DNA of 54,168 nt from Chiloscyllium plagiosum (lineage: Eukaryota). Below the pieces are notes generated by a model. That model worked only from the letters and a program-made list of their open reading frames with translations, was not told where the DNA came from and searched no databases. Positions 37,651 to 51,452 of this stretch are shown here, in pieces. The stretch covers positions 16,233,641 through 16,287,808 of the forward strand of contig NC_057719.1 of assembly GCF_004010195.1 (NCBI RefSeq), in the 5' to 3' direction. The position numbers were made by a program, and so were the translations under genes. Positions within the stretch are counted from its first letter, which is position 1. The number at the start of each line of letters is the position of its first letter.

Positions 37651-38902
37651 ATTTAGAACATTTAGCAAGTTCTTTTCACATTTAGTGGCTTTTGAAAATG
37701 CAGCTGGGGCTGTAGTTGGAGCATTACTACTGACCTTAAAACCCACAGTTTAGCAAGAGGAGTAGTCCTGCTCACTATTCACTGAAAAGTTAGGTTTTTC
37801 TGAGAAGCTGTCTTTGATGGAGCCAGATGCAACTTCTCACTGTCTGTTCCCTCATTTGAGGAATACCAATATTATATTGTTCTTATTGAAATAGGAACTA
37901 ATTGTTATGAGAATGCACATCCAAGGTGCCATATTTTACTGCTGCACTCTGCGGGCATGAATAATGATATGCCCATCTGTCAGTTCACCAACCAGATGGA
38001 GAGCTGGAGGGAATGCAATCGATGAAATGACAGCATTTTGAGTTACAGATGTGATTATTCCTAACTTATGGCACATGGAAGAAATAAAAGCCAATGGTCT
38101 ATTGCAGGAACAATCAATCCCTTCAGAAAATACATCAAATGTGGGGATCAAAAAGGTTAAACTCTTGATACAACATGAGTCCCAGCAAACATTGTAGAGG
38201 AAACGTCTCATTGCCTCGCTTATGAATGAACTGTCGTTCTGATGAAAACTACTCTTGCAACCCTCCCACTGACAGAGACAATGTTCTTTGAAGAAAGTAA
38301 CTGCCAAGAGGAATTATTTTTCAAGCAGTGAGCTGTAGAGGTTTACCAGCATCGGTAGAAGGTGGTCAGAGATACATGAGCTTGCAGCAAAGTGTGCACT
38401 TCTTCAATAATTCCTAAAATGCAGAGGGTTCAAAAGAGAGAAAGACCCCTAAAATATCCTGATAGAATCCACAGAGAGAACTTATGTATACAATGTGACC
38501 TTATTGGGCAAGGAGAGGAAATACAATATCTGCCCCTTTATCTCCTCCCTTCCCATTATGCATCACCCACAAACACGCCTTCATGTGAAACTGTGATTTA
38601 TTTGTATTTCTTTCAATTTAGCACGTTGTATTCATTCACTGCTCATGAAATGGTCTGCTATACAGTGGGAAGGTTAAATGCTGATTGGCTTTGTAGAAAG
38701 CCTCTATTTTCTCCACAAGCGTGATCTTGAGTCTTTACATTGTCGATGATATTAATGTTCACCCCAACCCTGACCTCACTTTTAGTGAAACTCCACATGA
38801 AGTTGTGAAACAACATTCACCATTCAGTGAAGCACTTTCACAGTCCTCTGAGTTCAGCTGATCATTGCCTCCATGTGTTAAGACAGCCGCTGTTGGTAAT
38901 GA

Positions 38903-39737
38903 AAATAAAACAAAGAACTGCAGGTGCTGGAAATTTGAAGCCAAAACAGAAATTGTTGGAGAAACTCTGATTTGGCAGCATCTGTGAACAGAAAGCAGAA
39001 TTAACCTTTCGGGTCTAGTGACCCACTCTTTGAAACCCATCTTGTGGTTTGTTTTTGTTTCTTCTACTACCATCCTTGCACCATCACTCCTTTTGTCACT
39101 TCATCTCTTCTGCCTTCTACCCTAGCACAGACCTTCCCTTGTGTTCTCTGCCTCCCCACTACAATTCCATGGTCAAAACCTACAGCATCTCTAACTTTTC
39201 CCAGTTTTGATGTAGGGTTACAAAACTGGAATGTTATTGCAGTTTTCCTCTCCACAGATCCTACCTGAGCTATTGACCATTCTGAAAAAGAGTCATACTG
39301 TACTTGAAACGTTAACTTTGTTTCTCCTTCCAGAAATGTTGTCAGACCTGGTGGGCGGCACGGTGGCACAGTGGTTAGCACTGCTGCCTCACAGCGCCAG
39401 AGACCCGGGTTCAATTCCCACCTCAGGCGACTGACTGTGTGGAGTTTGCACGTTCTCCCCGTGTCTGCATGGGTTTCCTCCGGTTTCCTCCCACAGTCCA
39501 AAGATCTGCAGGTCAGGTGAATTGGCCATGTTAAATTGCCCGTAGTGTTAGGTAAGGGGTAAATGTAGGGGTATGGGTGGGTTGCGCTTCGGCAAGGCGG
39601 TGTGGACTTGTTGGGCCAAAGGGCCTGTTTCCACACTGTAAGTAATCTAATTATCTAATCTAATTATACCTGTTGAATTTCACCAATATTCTTTGTGTTT
39701 GTTTTGGATTTCTGTCATCCGCAGTATTTTTCCTTTA
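38903..39737. mobile_element. Old Penelope-like inverted/tandem pLTR cluster interrupted by an HE1 SINE
   Basis: Minus arm at about 38903-39035; plus units with decayed cores at about 39207 and 39282; resumes at 39668. Confidence 0.65.
39351..39667 (+). mobile_element. HE1-type V-SINE (young)
   Basis: gggcggcacggtggcacagtggttagc with CpGs retained, (taatc)n tail, flanking acctg repeat. Confidence 0.92.
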
Positions 39738-39741
39738 TAGA

Positions 39742-40005
39742 GTAGAATAGAATATATACAGTGTGGATACAGGCCATTCGGTCCAACAAGTCGACACTGA
39801 CCGTCAACACTATAGGCAATTTAGCATGGTCAATTCACCTAAACTGAACAACTTTGGATTGTGGGAGGAATTCGGAACAGCTGGAGGAAACCCACACAGA
39901 CGCGGGGAGAATGTGCAAAACTCCAAACAGACAGTCGCCTGAGGCTGAAAAGGAACCCGGGTGCTGTGAGGCAGCAGTGCTAACCACTGAGCCACCATGC
40001 TGCCC
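39742..40005 (-). mobile_element. HE1-type V-SINE, internally deleted
   Basis: Reverse-complement A box and V-domain. Confidence 0.88.
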
Positions 40006-41404
40006 ATTCGAGCATTTACCTTTTCCTTTCATGTTTCCAGCGTCTACAGTATTTTACTTTTGTGTGGAGCTATTAAGTGATGTTAGAAATTGGCAATAAA
40101 TTCACAATATATCAATGCTGCACCATTCTCAATTGTCTTGAGGCTTCTACTCTCTTAAAGTCAATTCTACCGCTATTGTCCCTGGTCGCAATGAGATCTA
40201 ATCCAAACTGAGCCAATATCAGCCCAAATTGGCAGAAGTCTGAGCCGAACTTGATCTGGTGGTGGTGAGTATACACCTAGATATTTCATTGCCAGCTTAA
40301 ATTCCAAATTCCTTTAAATGGAATGCAAATTCTCAATATAACATGGTGGGATTTGAACTCAGGATCTCTGGATCTTTAGTTGAGGCCTCTATTGTTTGTT
40401 GTCTAGAGGAATTTACATATTTTTCAGTGTCTGAAAGCTGAAGAATACCTTCAAGTTGCTGTTTCCAGTGGTGGTGTGTGTTTTAAGTTTGCAATGTTTC
40501 AGTTCCAGGTCTTCTGTCCTTGCCAAGTGGCAAAGACAGGTAAGCTCAGGGTAGGACAGCACTTTCTGAAGGTGAATGAAAAGTGAGTTCCTTCAAATGC
40601 ATGCCAAACATACCCATCAGATGGGAAGGGGGCTGCAAAAATAATTTCAGAAAACTCTGCACTGACTGGCTTCAACATCGTTGAACATAAATAACAAATC
40701 TGAGAGAGGGAGTAATTCCAAGGATGTTTGTTCAACCCATGGACAAATGAATCACTCAACAAGGAAAGGATGGTGCATGAATGGCAGTTTTTTTTCCACT
40801 CATGAGGACATGAGCATCCATGGCTGGCCAGTTATTACTGCCCATCCCTGGTTGTCCTTGGTGGTGGTGAGCTACCTTGTTGAACTGCAGTCCATGTGCT
40901 GTAGGTAGAACTACAATGCCATTAGGGAGGGAATTCCAGAATTTTGACCCAGTGACAGTGAAGGAACGATGATATATTTCCAAGTCAGGATTGTGAGTTT
41001 GACTGAAGAGTCTATTTCTGTGCTGTACATCTCTATGACTCTATAACTCTTATGGGTGGCTAGGACAGGAACTTGGTAGTTTTGGATTTGGAAGGTTCTG
41101 TCCAGGGATCTTTTGCATACTGTAGATAGTACACAAATTGCTACGGAGCATCAGTGATGGAGGGAGTGGATACTTATGGATGAGATGCCAATCAAGCGGG
41201 TTGCTTTGTCCTGGATGATGGCAAGCTTCTTGAGTGTTGTTGGTGCTGCACTTGTCATAGAAAATTCATCAGTATTCCATCACACTCCTGATTTGTGCTT
41301 TGTAGACGGAGGACAGCCTTTGTGGAGTCAGAAGGTGAGTTACTTACTGCTGTCAATGGTAACCTCCTGATCAATGGTAACCCCTGCATGACACATTCAG
41401 GGTG

Positions 41405-42065
41405 GAAAAAAAGTTACAAATGCTGGAAGTCAGAAACAAAATCAAAATTTCTGGAGAAACTCAGCAGATGTGGCAGCATCTGTGGAGAGAAAGCAGAGTT
41501 AGCATTTCAAGTACAGAGACCCTGCTTCAGAACCAATGAGAGCTGGGCAAAGATTGGTATATATCCTAAAGCTGAGTGAGGGGAGAATGGGGAGGAGTAA
41601 ACAATAGGTGGGTGTGGACCTCACATTGAGAGAAACATGGATGGGAAGACAAGGGAATTGGTAAAGGTCAGCCTGGGAGAATGAATAGCTACGGTTAGGG
41701 ACTGTTAATGGCTGATAAATGTGTTTGTGGTCACAGCCCATGTGATGACAAAGCCTGGTGTGTAGGATTTGGAGTAAGGACATGGAAGAAGATGCTCAGG
41801 CCCTAAAATTGTTGAACTCGATATTGAAAGCCAACAGTTGCAGGGTCTCCAAGCAGAAAATGAGGTACTGTTCTTCCAGTTTGCTCTGAGCTTTACTGGA
41901 GCATTGTAGCAAGCCCAAGACAGAGATATTAGCCAGGGAAAATGGCGGGTGAAACAGCAGATAAATGTAGGTGTTCTGAAAAGTGGTTGCCCAGTCTGCA
42001 CTTCATCTCCCCAGTGTAGAGCAGTGAATGTAGTAGACTAGATGAGTGAAGTGTAGGTATTGCCA
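41405..42065 (-). mobile_element. Old Penelope-like element 3' part (GIY-YIG remnant + pLTR)
   Basis: Minus frames give YTGEMKCRLGNHFSEHL and KLEEQYLIFCLETLQ-like segments. Confidence 0.7.
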
Positions 42066-43084
42066 ACAAAGCAGACCAGCTGAAACCCCAGAGATTGCTC
42101 CTTGTGTGGAGGTCAAGACTAAGTCAGCAGCACCTGACAGTTCTGTTTGATGCAAATCAAAGGAGCAGTAACTCTCCTCTGCACTTCACAAAAAATAATA
42201 TGAAAACATATCTTCTTAAAGTCTCTTCAGTTCTATTGCCTGTGGAACTGATCTGTTTAATGATACAATAGTGCGTGCGGTCCTATGTTTTGCATATTAA
42301 AAGAGTCACCACCTTTCAAACTGGTACTAACTTACGTTGTCAGGCATAATATCACAAGAAATAGGAGCTGGAGTAAGTCATTTGATCCTTCAAATCAACT
42401 CTGCAATTTAATAAGATCATGGCTGATTTTGTATCTCAACATTAGCAATCTCGAACTGAGGCCAGTTTTGATGAGGGAAAATAGACATTATTCTCTTCTT
42501 TCAATTAGCCTTCCTGTGCAACATTGCAAGGCATTATTAATTTGCCATTTTGTATGGGATGATGATTATTCACTCTGTTGCAGCACACATTAATATTTTT
42601 CACAAAGAGCTTCTTTATCTTATCAATGCAGTATGCAACAATCCAAAACTCATTTATTTTCAGCAAACATTCTGTCCAGAGTCTGAATAAAAGATCTCAT
42701 CGTTGACAACAAAATCCAGGCATTCCTGCTCACATGCCACAGATCAGCAAAGCTGGTTAATGCCAGCAGCATGCATGAATTATTTGCTCTTTCATACTTG
42801 CGTTAACCTCATCATAGTTAGTGGATTATTTATTGTCTGTGTTATAAAGAAAAATGTCTGGAATTATACAAGCATATGAGGGCATGTTGTCCAGCTTTCA
42901 TTCCTATTAAGTTCCCCAGCCCTACCATCCAATGAGATCTTAACGCTGCACCATTCCTCGCCCTTTGCGCATACCTGAAGTTCATTGCATCATTGCTGGT
43001 GGTTGTACATCGAGCCCAAGTTGGTATGAATGACTGAGTGACTGAGTGATTTGCGAGCTTACTGTCAGGTTCATGAACTCTTAC

Positions 43085-43910
43085 TATTATAAAGTCTACA
43101 GAGTCATGATAGTACAGAAGAAGGGAGTTAGCTCATTGAATTCATGCTGGCTAGCTGTCAAATAGTCCAATCAGTCCCATTCTCCACTCTATCCGTGTAA
43201 CCCTGGAAGTTTATTCCCTTCAAGTGCTCATCCAATTTCCTTCTGCACTCATTCACCATTTCTATTTCTGACGTTTTCACAGGGAGAGTGTCATGAGCAC
43301 TTGATGTGTAAAGTAAGTTCTCTCTCTCGTCCTACTTTTGACTCTTTAGTACTAAACTGTAAATCCACAGGTACCGGACTCAAAATGTTATCTGTGCTTT
43401 CTTCCTCCAAATACTGCCAGACCTGCTGAGTTTCACCAGCAATTTCTGTTTTGTTTCAGAGTCTCCAGCATCCGTAGTTCTTTGTTTTATTTAAATCCAC
43501 ATTTCTGCAGTCTTTATACCAGCTGCTTATCTAACCCTGTCATATTCTTGCACGCGTCTGTCAAACCTCCCCTCAATATATGTGCTCTAAAGGGGGCCAC
43601 CAAAACTCCTTTCAACCCTGGAGTCATTCAGGTCAATCTCCTTCTCAATGTCTCATGGATTCTCATATCAGACTTCACGTGTGGTGATCAGAACTGGATG
43701 CAATGTTCCAGTTCTGGCCTAGCATTGCTTCACAAAGGTTCAACATTCACTTAATATCTCTTGACGAATCCCAAGATCGCACATGCTTTTCTCACAGTGC
43801 TATCAATTCATCCTTCCACCTTCAAAAATCTACAGACATGAAACCTAAAGTCTACATCCCTGTCATCTTTACTGTCTCTGTGCAGACCTCCAAGGTCAGT
43901 GCACAGCAAT
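43085..43910 (-). mobile_element. Old CR1 fragment with a PLE end inserted at about 43370-43490
   Basis: RPELEHCIQFW-like motif and CR1 tail; PLE sequence ctgccagacctgctgagtttc. Confidence 0.6.
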
Positions 43911-44554
43911 GACTGCGAGAACTGAAAGTCAATGTGTTGGCATCAATCAGCGTGCACAGACCCACTGCATAACTTAGAGGGAACATAACCTGAGATCCCT
44001 CTGTTCCTGCATATTCTTTAGAACTGCACCAATGGGTTTATATTGCCTCCCTATTTCTCTGCTGACATACATTAAATGTTTTCTTTGCAAGCAGATAAAG
44101 GGATTTATGAAATCCACTTTTGTCTATGGGGAGTCCAGTTTTCCTTAAAGATATGAATAATAGTCATAGAGTCATGAAGGTCGACAGCATCAAACAAAAA
44201 GTCTCTTTGGCCCATCGATTCTGCACCAACTAATTATTCTAATCCTATTTTCCAGCCCTTTCCCCATAGTCTCATATGTCTTGACTTCACAAGTGCATAT
44301 GTAAATACTTCTTAACATGATGAGGGATTCTTCCTCTAGCATCCCTTTACAGATTGAAGTTCCAAATTTCCACCACCCTCTGGGTGAAAAACATTTTGCT
44401 CACATTTCTAAACTTCCTGCCCGTTATCTTAAATCTATATACCCTGGTCATGATTCCTCAACAAAAGAGAAAAGTTGCCTACTTATGCCACTATTAATTT
44501 TATACACCTCATTCAAGTCCCTCCCACAGTCTTCTGTCTTCCAACTCAAATATA

Positions 44555-45172
44555 TGGGCAGTACAGTGGCTCAGTGGTTAGCATTGCTGCCTCACAGCAC
44601 CAGGGACCTGAGCTCAATTCCAGCCTGAGGCAACCATCTGGGTGGAGTTTACACATTCTCCCTGTGTCTGTGTGGGTTTCCTCTGGGTGCTCTGGTTCCC
44701 TCCCACAGTCCAAAGATGTGCAGGTCAGGTGCATTAGGCAAAAGTGAGGGCTGGAGATCAGAGTCAAGATTAGTGGTGCTGGAAAAGCACAGCATCTGAG
44801 GAGCAGGAAAATTGACATTTTGAATTTTTTTTAATTGGCACCTGGCTTCAGCGGTGTAGAGATCAGTGCAGCAAACTACCACTGCACCCCCTTTATCCGC
44901 TGGTTTGATGGTGAGGTTGGGATTATTCTTGATGAAGGACTTTTGCCAGAAATGTTGATTTTCCTGCTCCTCAGATGCTGCCTGACCCGCTGTGCTTTTC
45001 CAGCACCACTAATCTTGAGGTCAGGTGAATTGGCCATGCTAAATTGTCCATAGTGTTAGGTGCATTAGTCTGAGGGAAATGAGTCTAAGACTTGTTATTT
45101 TTCAGAGGGTCGGTCTGGACTTGTTGGGCCAAATGGCCTGTTTCTACTCTGTAGAGATCTAATCTAATCTAT
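44555..45172 (+). mobile_element. HE1-type V-SINE split by a PLE insertion
   Basis: 5' half 44555-44731, 3' half 45018-45172. Confidence 0.88.
44732..45017. mobile_element. Penelope-like inverted pLTR insertion enclosing an RT (DKG motif) fragment
   Basis: TSD aggtcaggtg at 44722-44731 and 45018-45027. Minus 44833-44927 translates NNPNLTIKPADKGGAVVVCCTDLYTAEARCQL. Confidence 0.85.
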
Positions 45173-47574
45173 CTATTTACTCTTCATAATGAAAATTCTC
45201 CAGTCCAGACAACACCCTAGTAAATCTCCACCGTACCCTCTCCAGATCAATCACATCTCTCCTATATTATAGATTTCAGAACTGCACACAATACTCTAGC
45301 TGTGGCCTAACCTACTTTTTATACAATTCCAACATAACTTCCCTACTCTTAAAAATCTATGCCTCAGCTAATAAATACAAGTATCCTATATGCCTTCTCA
45401 ATCACTTTCTCTACTTGTCCCGCTACCTTAAGAGATTGGTGGACATGCACACAAAGTCCCTCTGATGTTCATTGCTTGCCATGGTCTTACAATTCATCAT
45501 GTACTCCCTTGCCTTGCTCGGCCTGCCCAATTGCATCATCTCACATTTCTCCGGCTGAATTTATTTGCCACTGATCAACCCATCTTTTTTTGCTATAATC
45601 TAAGGTTATTCTTACTATTTATCACCTACCAATTTTTGTATCATCCGTAAATGTACTGACCAACCTCTTAGTTCAAGTCTCATTCTTTTATACAAAGCAC
45701 AAATAGCAAGTGCTTCAACACTGATCCCTGTAAGATCCCACTGGACACAGGCTTCCAGTCACAATAATACTCTTCAACATCATCTTCTGCTTCCCGCCAC
45801 TCAGCCAATTCTGGAGCCAATAAGCTAAAATTCCTTGGATCCTGTGGGCTCTTACCTTCACTATCAGTCTCCCATGCAGGACCTTATCAAAAGTCTTACT
45901 GAAGTCCAAGTGGACCACGTCAAATGCAATGCCTTCATTAACATATCTTGTATACCTCTTTGAAAAATTCAATCCAGTCAGAGGTGACTTCCCCTTAACA
46001 AAGCTGTAATGACTGTTCTTGAATAAACCTTGCCTCTCCAAGTGCAGATTAATTCTGTCTCTCAACGTTCCTTCCAATAGTTTGCCCACTACCAAGGTGA
46101 GACTAACCAACCTGCAGTTTCCAGGTTTATCCCTTGCACCCTTCTTGAATAATAGTACATCAGCTGTCCTCCAGTCCTGTAACACCTCTCCTGTGGCCAG
46201 GGAAGAATTGGAAATTATTGCCCACACCCCTGTTATTTCCTGCCTTCCCTCGCTCATCAACCTGGGGTACATTTCATCTGGCCCTTGATACTTACCTGCT
46301 TTTAAGGCTGTCAGCAGTGTGGTATGAAAGGTGTCATGTTATTCTGTACTGTTATAGAAAAATAAAGGGCATGGAAATCACTTGGATGGAAATTGTTCTG
46401 TAGGCCTGCAATTTCACAGGCAGGGTGTGCATTTCCAACTGGACGTTCTCCAACTGCCACATTGAATAAAATGGTTGTGAAGCCACTATCAAAAATCTTA
46501 ATCACTAATCAGCGTTGTGCTCTCTGCCAGTTCAAAAATGGGCACTGCAGAATTACTAGGCCAAGAATTATTTCTTTGCAGCCAGGTTTATTAATTGATA
46601 GAACTCCATATTACCTTTTATACAGCGATGTTAGTGCTGCAAGTTGGCAGAAAGCACACTGCTTTAGCCTTGCTGGCACCTTTACAGCAAGTTCAACAAA
46701 TCCTAATCAGAACCCATATGTGCCAATTTGTGGCTAGCCTTTCCCACAAAGAAAGTTAGATTGTTGAATTAAAATACAGTGCACAGGTTTCAAAGAACAA
46801 ATAGAGTTTATGGGAGTGTAAAGTAAAGATTGCAAGTCAGCACTTTTCTATCATTTCTCCCAATTAACCTATTTCTAATGTAAATGGAAAAGCGATGGGA
46901 TATATCATGGGCTGGCAACTCAAAGTTATCTGTTTTATACTATGGGATAAAGTCAAGATCTACCCACACTACCCTCACATCTATCCAGTCATACAAAATG
47001 TAGGCATAGAAAATTACCTTCATTCTTTTCAGATGTGGACATCATGGAGGAGAAATGCACTCAGATGGTGCTGTGTAATTGGCACGATATCAGTCTACAA
47101 GTTAATCTAAAATTTAATTGATTCACGCATCTCAGTACAAGATGGCCAATACTAACTCACATTTTATATATTCCATCTTGTATACCTTCAGAGAATTTAG
47201 TAAAGGCCCCCAGCTTAGATACAAGGACACCTACTCCTAATCAGTGTGACAAGAATATTTTCACAACTAATTATCTGTCCAAATAAGACAAACGTACCAA
47301 TATGTTATCTTCAAATCAACAAGTTGTTGGTTGAGGAACATTGTCATACTAACCTGGAGCAAATAAAAATATCATCCAAAAGGCAACAATACATAGAATG
47401 AATTTCAACCTGGCTAGGTAGAGAGTGTTAAATGCTCTGCTTATTTTGGACACAACCAGTTTTGCATACTCAATAGGTTACACATCTATTAAACTTTACT
47501 GAATATAGCAAGATTGTCTTATTGTGGCAGACTTCCTAATATTTTCATATATTAAAACACACCTGGCTGTTCAA

Positions 47575-48095
47575 GAGATAGAACATGGAACATTACAGTG
47601 CAGTACAGGCCCTTCGGTCCTCGATGTTGCGCCGACCAGTCATACCAATCTGAAGCCCATCTAACCTATGCTATTCCATGTACGTCCATGTTTGTCCAAT
47701 GACGACTTAAATGCACTTAAATTTGGCGAATCTACTACCGTTGCAAGCAAAGCATTCCATACATTTACTACTCTCTGAGTAAAGAAACTACCTCTGACAT
47801 CTGTCCTATATCTATCACCCCTCAATTTAAAGCTATGCCCGGTTCCGGAACTCAATCCGTCTATTAATAAAAGCTAAAACACTGTATGCCTTCTTAACAA
47901 CCCTGTCAACCTGGGTGGCAACTTTCAAGGATCTGTGTACCTAGACACCGAGATCTCTCTGCTCATCTACACGACCAAGAATCTTACCATTAGCCCAGTA
48001 CTTTGCATTCTGGTTACTCCGACCAAAGTGAATCACCTCACACTTGTCCGCATTAAACTCCATTTGCCACCTCTCAGCCCGGCTCTGCAGCTTAT
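47575..48095 (-). mobile_element. CR1 LINE 3' fragment, internally deleted
   Basis: WQMEFNADKCEVIHFG; FFTQRVVNVWNAL. Confidence 0.9.
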
Positions 48096-48171
48096 TAAGG
48101 ATCAGCAAAGAAAGAACAGCCTTCCCAGTGAATTTGCACCAATAAATCATCAGTTAGAATAAACAGCACAG

Positions 48172-48600
48172 ATATAGAGTCATACAGCATGGAAACAGAC
48201 CCTTTAGTCAAACTAGTCTGAGCCAAACAGAATCCCAAACTAAACTAGTCCCACCCGCCTGCTCCTAGCCCATAACCCTCCAAACATTTGCTAGTCATGT
48301 ACTTATACAAATGCCTTTTAAAAATTGTAATCGTACCCACATCCACCATTTCCTCAGGATGTTCTTTCCACACATGAACCACCTCTATGTAAACAAAATT
48401 ACCCCTCATATATTTGTTAAACATCTCTCTTCTCACCTTAAAAATGTGCCTTCTAGTCTTGAAATCCCCATCCTAGGGAAAAGTCTACCATTAACTCTAT
48501 CTATACCCTTCATCATTTTATAAACTTCTGTAAGGGCGCCTCTAACATCCTATGCTCCAGTGAAAAAGTCCCAGCCTTTCTTTATAACTCACACCCTATA
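48172..48600 (-). mobile_element. CR1 LINE 3' fragment
   Basis: RGNFV..VVHVW..FKRHLYKYM; tail. Confidence 0.85.
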
Positions 48601-49469
48601 CTGTAAAGTACATCAACTAGCTGGAGCACGTGTTTAACTCACATTCCTCTGACAGTCTCTGAAAAAGTCACTACATTTTGTTTGAATCCATTCATTGGAT
48701 GTGGACATCACTGATTGGGCTAGAATTTATTTCCCATTCTTAACTGCCCTTGAGAAGCCACTGACCATTCCCAATCCCATTGCAGGACCCTTTCTCCTAA
48801 TGACATCCATTTTCGCCACGATTTACTTGTATTGTGACCTGGCATGCATGCACCCTAATGTCTTGAGAGTCTTCAAAGGAAGAAAACTAAAAGATTGATC
48901 AAAATTACCAAGAGCAAGCTTTGAATCTGTTATTGTAATGGCATATCAAAAATAAAAGCACCAACACATGTAGACACAGAAAGGTTTTGCCTTCTGACCT
49001 ACGTTTACATCTCAAATGCCATCACTAAAAATACATTATATGGATTTTGGGAACTTGCTGCTGTATAAATTGGCTGTTTTGCTTCTATTTTACACATTAC
49101 AATGGAACACTTAGAAGGTACTTCATTGTCTTTAAATTGTTATAGGATGAACCTAAGGTTGTGAACACTACGACAGTATACGAATGCACAACCTGTCTTT
49201 ATTAATGCTTACAACTCCTATTGAGAACTAAAAGACGTGTTAGTACCACTACTTCCCAAGCCCTGTATACCACATCAACAGGTGAGGTAAGGCGTGGCGT
49301 ATGAGGTGAGGTGGGGTGGGGGGAAAAGTTCAAAGCAAATTCGTAGATTCACTAAAGATGGCCATCAACAAAGGTAAAGTGAAATAGTTTTTGGAATGTA
49401 ATTCTTCATCTAAATTCCATATCGAAATTGTTCAATCAGTTTTGAGAATACAAAGTTTGGTAAAACAGA

Positions 49470-49910
49470 ATCAGAGAATTGTACCACACATAAGGAGACT
49501 ATTCACTCCTTCTTGTTGGTACTGGTTCTCTGAATGAGCAAATCACCCAGGGCCCCTCGTTCACTGTTTTCCCATAGCTCTACAGTTGCTTCCTTATCAG
49601 ACAACAATCCACCTTTCTCCTCAATTCTTCAGTTGAATCTATCTTTGTCATGTTCTGAAGTAGTGCATTCCAGATCATAACTACTCATTGAGTGGCAATG
49701 CTTTCCTTCATGTCTCCATTTTTTTTAACTGTATATTAATTGAAATCTGTGACTGCTTGTTCCCTATCCTTCCATCAACAGTTTTCTTTTTTCCCAATCT
49801 ACACTGTTCAGACATCTCACAATTTTGAATACACTGATCAAATTTTCTCTCAATGTTCTCTTCTTCAAGGAACATGGTCGCCACTTCTCCAATCCATCGA
49901 TATAGCTGAT
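49470..49910 (-). mobile_element. Old CR1 3' fragment
   Basis: Decayed reverse-complement CR1 C-terminus. Confidence 0.5.
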
Positions 49911-50689
49911 GTTTCCTTGCAGCCTATCTGATGTGACATTCTTTTCTCAATCACAGTAAAACAGTCACTTGACAAGAGTGTGAAAATTAGGTATGAATGG
50001 AATATAGAGCTGCACAAACAACAGGTATAATTTCACTTACTTCTAGTTCAAAAGCTGGATCCAGACTTATTAATTATCTTGAAACACAATGAGATTATAA
50101 AAAAATACTGAATGCCTTTTAGCAAAGATCATCTCATAACCAAGACATGCTACTCCCATTCTAATTCAGTGCGGCTGACCTCAATGACCTCTGAAAGTAC
50201 CTTGCAGACTATTCATTTGTATCAAACCAATACCAGCAATTAAAGAAGATCTACCACCAACTTCTTCGGAATGGGCAATTAATGTTGAGTATTTAAATAT
50301 CATTGGCTATGTTTATCAATGTGACAGAAATAAAATGTCCATGCGGCTACTTTTGTTCTATAAATGAATACTAAATCATTAAAATTGCTGCATTTCTTTC
50401 ATTCTTACTGGAAGAAATTATGTACAAACAACAAAACAGTTTGCTAACACTTATTGAGCCATGAACAAAAAGGAAATATAAACAAGCAAATAAATCAATC
50501 TCAGTTTTCCCCAACTCCTGACACAGCCTGGCATAGTACAAAGTTCTACAGAACCCAATTGTTTTCCCAGTATCTTCTGGGGAAAGAAACCTTTCATACA
50601 CACCCAACTGGCCTACATGTAACTATAATCCACATCAACAGAAATGCTTTGAAACTACATTTGACTAATGGTGCACAGTATCATTGGGA

Positions 50690-51040
50690 GTACTGTAGTG
50701 TGTTGGTTAAATGAATGGAATAGCAATCCAGAGGCTTGGATTTGTAACCAAATCAAGACACCAGGTTAAAAATCTCACTATTGCAGTTGTGGAGTTTAAA
50801 ATTAGTTAAGTGGATAAATCTAGATAAACTAGTATCAGTAATACTGAGCATGGAACCACTGGATTATCATTAGAAGCCCATATGGCTCACTAATGTCATT
50901 TGGAGAAGGAAATCTGTCACTGTTACCCAGTATGGCCTGAAGAAGGCCTCAGATCTACAGCAAAATCATTGAATTTTAGTTGCCCTCTAATGTGGCCCAG
51001 CAATCCACTCTGTTGTATTCAAGAAGACAACTCATCAGTA
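50690..51040 (+). mobile_element. Old tRNA-derived SINE of another family
   Basis: Degenerate tRNA-like head, central ggctcactaatgtcatttggagaaggaaatctg block, and a 3' end resembling the second LINE lineage. A minus-strand head remnant lies at about 40290-40390. Confidence 0.5.
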
Positions 51041-51147
51041 TCAGTTAAATAGTTAGTTAAAATAATCTCATTTTATAACCATTAATGTGTAGGTACATAC
51101 AACAAATAAATATGATCTGTTTTACATTCTTCCAAACTAATCTTTGG

Positions 51148-51452
51148 AAGGGACCCGTGTTCGATTCCGGCCTTGGGAAACTGTCTATGTGGAGTTTACA
51201 CATTCTCCTCATGTCTGCATGGGTTTCCTCCAGGTGCTCTAGTTTCCTCACACAATCCAAAGATGTGCAGGTTAGGTGAATTGGCCATGTTAAATTGCCC
51301 ATAGTGTTCAAGGATGTGTAAGTTAGGTGCATAAGAGGTAAATATAGAGTAATACGATAGGGGAATGGGTCTGCATGGGCTACTCTTCCGGTGGTCGCTG
51401 TGGACTTGTTGGGCCAAAGGGCCTGTTTCCACACTGTAGGGATTCTATGATT
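51148..51452 (+). mobile_element. HE1-type V-SINE, 5'-truncated
   Basis: B box gtgttcgattcc, V-domain and tail. Confidence 0.87.

Larger units (their letters stand above)
44160..46305 (-). mobile_element. CR1 LINE hosting a nested SINE and PLE
   Basis: ORF 45715-46272 (DWRTADV..DFSKTFDKVLH); tail at 44160. Confidence 0.88.

Noticed and set aside
37936..38307. 123-aa minus ORF in non-repeat sequence
   Set aside because: No recognisable domain or convincing splice signals; the length is compatible with chance.
39353..39425. tRNA gene
   Set aside because: A and B boxes are present but continue into the V-SINE body; this is a SINE head.
39067..39636. 189-aa minus ORF and similar ORFs over SINEs (MVAQWLALLPHS...)
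   Set aside because: Chance frames across HE1 SINE and PLE sequence, repeated at every copy.
44833..44927. Hairpin as a possible vault/Y/miRNA-like ncRNA
   Set aside because: Its reverse complement encodes the PLE RT DKG motif, which explains the sequence.
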